Positions 63,525 through 64,000 of a stretch of 64,000 bases of DNA are shown here, piece after piece. The stretch covers positions 62,001 through 126,000 of the forward strand of contig NIVC01000450.1 in NCBI GenBank assembly GCA_002269645.1, read 5' to 3'. Below the pieces are notes generated by a model that saw only the letters and a program-made list of their open reading frames with translations, did not search any database and was not told the origin of the DNA. How positions within the stretch are numbered: the first letter of the stretch is position 1; every line of letters begins with the position of its first letter. Position numbers and translations under genes: made by a program. Source of the stretch: Macrostomum lignano (Eukaryota).

Positions 63525-63540
<16 letters not shown>
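57093..63540 (+). repeat. Tandem segmental duplication, period about 3.2 kb (minisatellite + 840-bp unique block + GACA array)
   Basis: Unique block 58100-58940 recurs at 61305-62143 (ORF-track offsets 3204 and 3203); differences seen are one A in a homopolymer and isolated changes in the repeats. Confidence 0.95.
58467..58571 (+). other. Candidate 105-nt phase-0 exon (PLVAGTG...SDQQEQ), duplicated at 61671-61775
   Basis: GC-richer island flanked by TTTCAG and GTTAAT, no stop, phase-compatible with the upstream PHTF donor; no homology recognised. Confidence 0.3.
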
Positions 63541-63561
<21 letters not shown>

Positions 63562-63627
63562 GCTAGACAGACAGACAGACACTAAATTAGACAGCTAGAC
63601 AGACAGATAGACACTAAATTAGACAGC

Positions 63628-63661
<34 letters not shown>

Positions 63662-63664
63662 CTA

Positions 63665-63697
<33 letters not shown>

Positions 63698-63770
63698 CAC
63701 AGACAGACACTAAGACAGCAGACAGACAGACACTAAGACAGACAGACAGACACTAGACAGACAGACACTA

Positions 63771-63815
<45 letters not shown>

Positions 63816-63874
63816 GCTAGACAGACAGACAGACACTAAGACACTAAGACAGACAGACAGACAGACAGACACTA

Positions 63875-63907
<33 letters not shown>

Positions 63908-64000
63908 CACAGACAGACACACAGACAGACACTAAGACAGCAGACAGACAGACACTAGACAGACAGACACTAAGACAGACAGACAGACAGACAGACAGAC

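Larger units (their letters stand above)
56161..64000. repeat. (GACA)n arrays punctuated by GACACTAA / GCTA variants: 56161-57185, 58945-60430, 62148-64000
   Basis: Directly visible; interruption patterns recur between blocks. Confidence 0.96.

Overview
Eukaryotic (metazoan, invertebrate) genomic DNA with spliceosomal GT-AG introns; no prokaryotic features or CRISPR array. The mix of GC-rich exons, AT-rich spacers and minisatellite-packed introns resembles a free-living flatworm (Macrostomum-like) genome, which is an unverified inference. Genes reconstructed by hand: Pur-alpha (minus, 3 exons), a Neurexin IV/CASPR orthologue (plus, about 1340 aa, N-terminus uncertain), two paralogous secreted WSC+PAN proteins (one with its splice donor reading AT instead of GT), an intronless secreted PAN+LamG-like protein, a decayed ankyrin+kinase pseudogene, and the 5' part of PHTF (runs out of the window). 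Mobile DNA: a Mutator transposase relic, a 3.37-kb TIR element with a 9-bp TSD carrying a nested 655-bp MITE with an 8-bp TSD, a young RNase H LINE 3' end inserted in a minisatellite, two RTE-like RT fragments and two tRNA-derived SINE families (one CORE-like). About 20 different mini/microsatellites are present, nearly one per long intron, two of them built from splice-site-like motifs. There are also two almost CpG-free blocks and a 3.2-kb near-identical tandem duplication. Most long ORFs in the supplied track are read-throughs of tandem repeats, not genes. Counts and alignments were done by eye. I found no unambiguous new biological system; the best leads are the WSC/PAN cluster, the splice-motif minisatellites and the nested transposons.
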